Assembly: GCF_037042905.1 (NCBI RefSeq)
Contig: NC_087263.1
Location: 13,022,001 to 13,086,000, forward strand
Source: Lytechinus pictus
Lineage: Eukaryota
Length of the DNA: 64,000 bases
Direction: 5' to 3'
Positions within the stretch are counted from its first letter, which is position 1; the number at the start of each line of letters is the position of its first letter. The position numbers were made by a program, and so were the translations under genes. The notes beneath the pieces were generated by a model, which did not search any database, was not told the DNA's origin, and worked only from the letters and a program-made list of their open reading frames with translations. This document shows, in pieces, positions 63,003 to 64,000 of this stretch.

Positions 63003-64000
63003 GTTAGTTCCGGCCCTCTTACAAAAGAGTTACGATTCTTCTAAGCAACCTCAGCTATATGGAAATCCATTAATGTCATGATAATTACAACATGAAAATT
63101 GCACAATGACCATTGTAAACAAAGAGAAGTACACTTAAGTTTCAAGAAATGCAATTAATGTATAAATATACATCATATCTCGACAAATATTTTGGAAAAA
63201 AAGCATGCAGCTTAGATGCTGATGTTACTGGCTGTCCATTGTTTTGGTTGATCGGATCGATCTTAACTCTTTATAAGACAGGGCCCAATCTTTACGTTGT
63301 ACGCCAGGATTAAAAAATCTAATTCTTCCATTTTTTTTGGGGGGGGGGAATGCCTTCACAGTAAAAGCGTTTTTTCTTTTTATTTTATTACTACGCAGTT
63401 TACTATATGACGCGTACAGTACCTGTTTAACACCTAAACTCAATTAATTGAGAATTTGATATTTCAAATCAATCTCTCTTTTAAAGATTTCAAACACTTC
63501 TTTAAACCGCTTAAATAGACACTGCAAAGTTCATATACATGTTGTTATTAGATTTGTATTACAAAAATAAACTAAACTGCGTAATTGAAATTTAAAAAAC
63601 GGTATGAGATTTGAATCTATATCTCATACTATATTGATTTAACGCAAGCCAGAGAGTAAAGAATACATATGCATATTAATATACCTATGCATCCATATAC
63701 ATATGCATGATATTTTGCGGGGGGTATTACATATTCGATCGCCTGTCAATGAATCTATGATAAAGGAATTAATGTAGAAATGGATTAAATTCAATAAATT
63801 AGGGATATATGTTAACATTGATTTTCCCTTTTTTAAGAAATATGATCTACAAGGTCTTAGTTGCCAATTCTGTCTTTGATAATTATGTTATAAACCAAAG
63901 CAAGAAAAATCATAATTTAGAGCATCAAAAAGTACAATTTAAGTTAACCGGAAACGCCAACTTAATTACATCCCATACACTGACATGGGTTACATTGATC

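Overview
Repeat-rich invertebrate genomic DNA with spliceosomal introns; the gene and repeat repertoire suggests a sea urchin (inference). Host genes: (1) the last 12 coding exons of TMTC1 (+, 1-13224); (2) a 4-exon gene I assembled by hand (-, 22056-26481) encoding a 197-aa Cys-rich protein with a signal peptide and possible GPI signal and no family I recognise; (3) a 2-exon rhodopsin-type GPCR (-) broken by a 5-bp duplication; (4) an SLC16/MCT-type transporter (-) with a frameshift in its central loop; (5) the first three exons of a chymotrypsin-family serine protease (+). Mobile DNA is abundant. The main element is a very young, intact Penelope-like retroelement (Naiad-like; RT + GIY-YIG + hammerhead ribozyme) with an inverted 5'-truncated twin inside a (TA)n tract, next to a second Neptune-like fragment. 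Others are an AcademH-like element with a RecQ helicase fragment, piggyBac-, Kolobok-, hAT- and Harbinger-like MITEs, Helentron-type elements, a 1.67-kb foldback, tRNA-derived SINEs and L2 fragments. I see no CRISPR array, rRNA or true tRNA gene. All family assignments come from motif recognition, not database searches.
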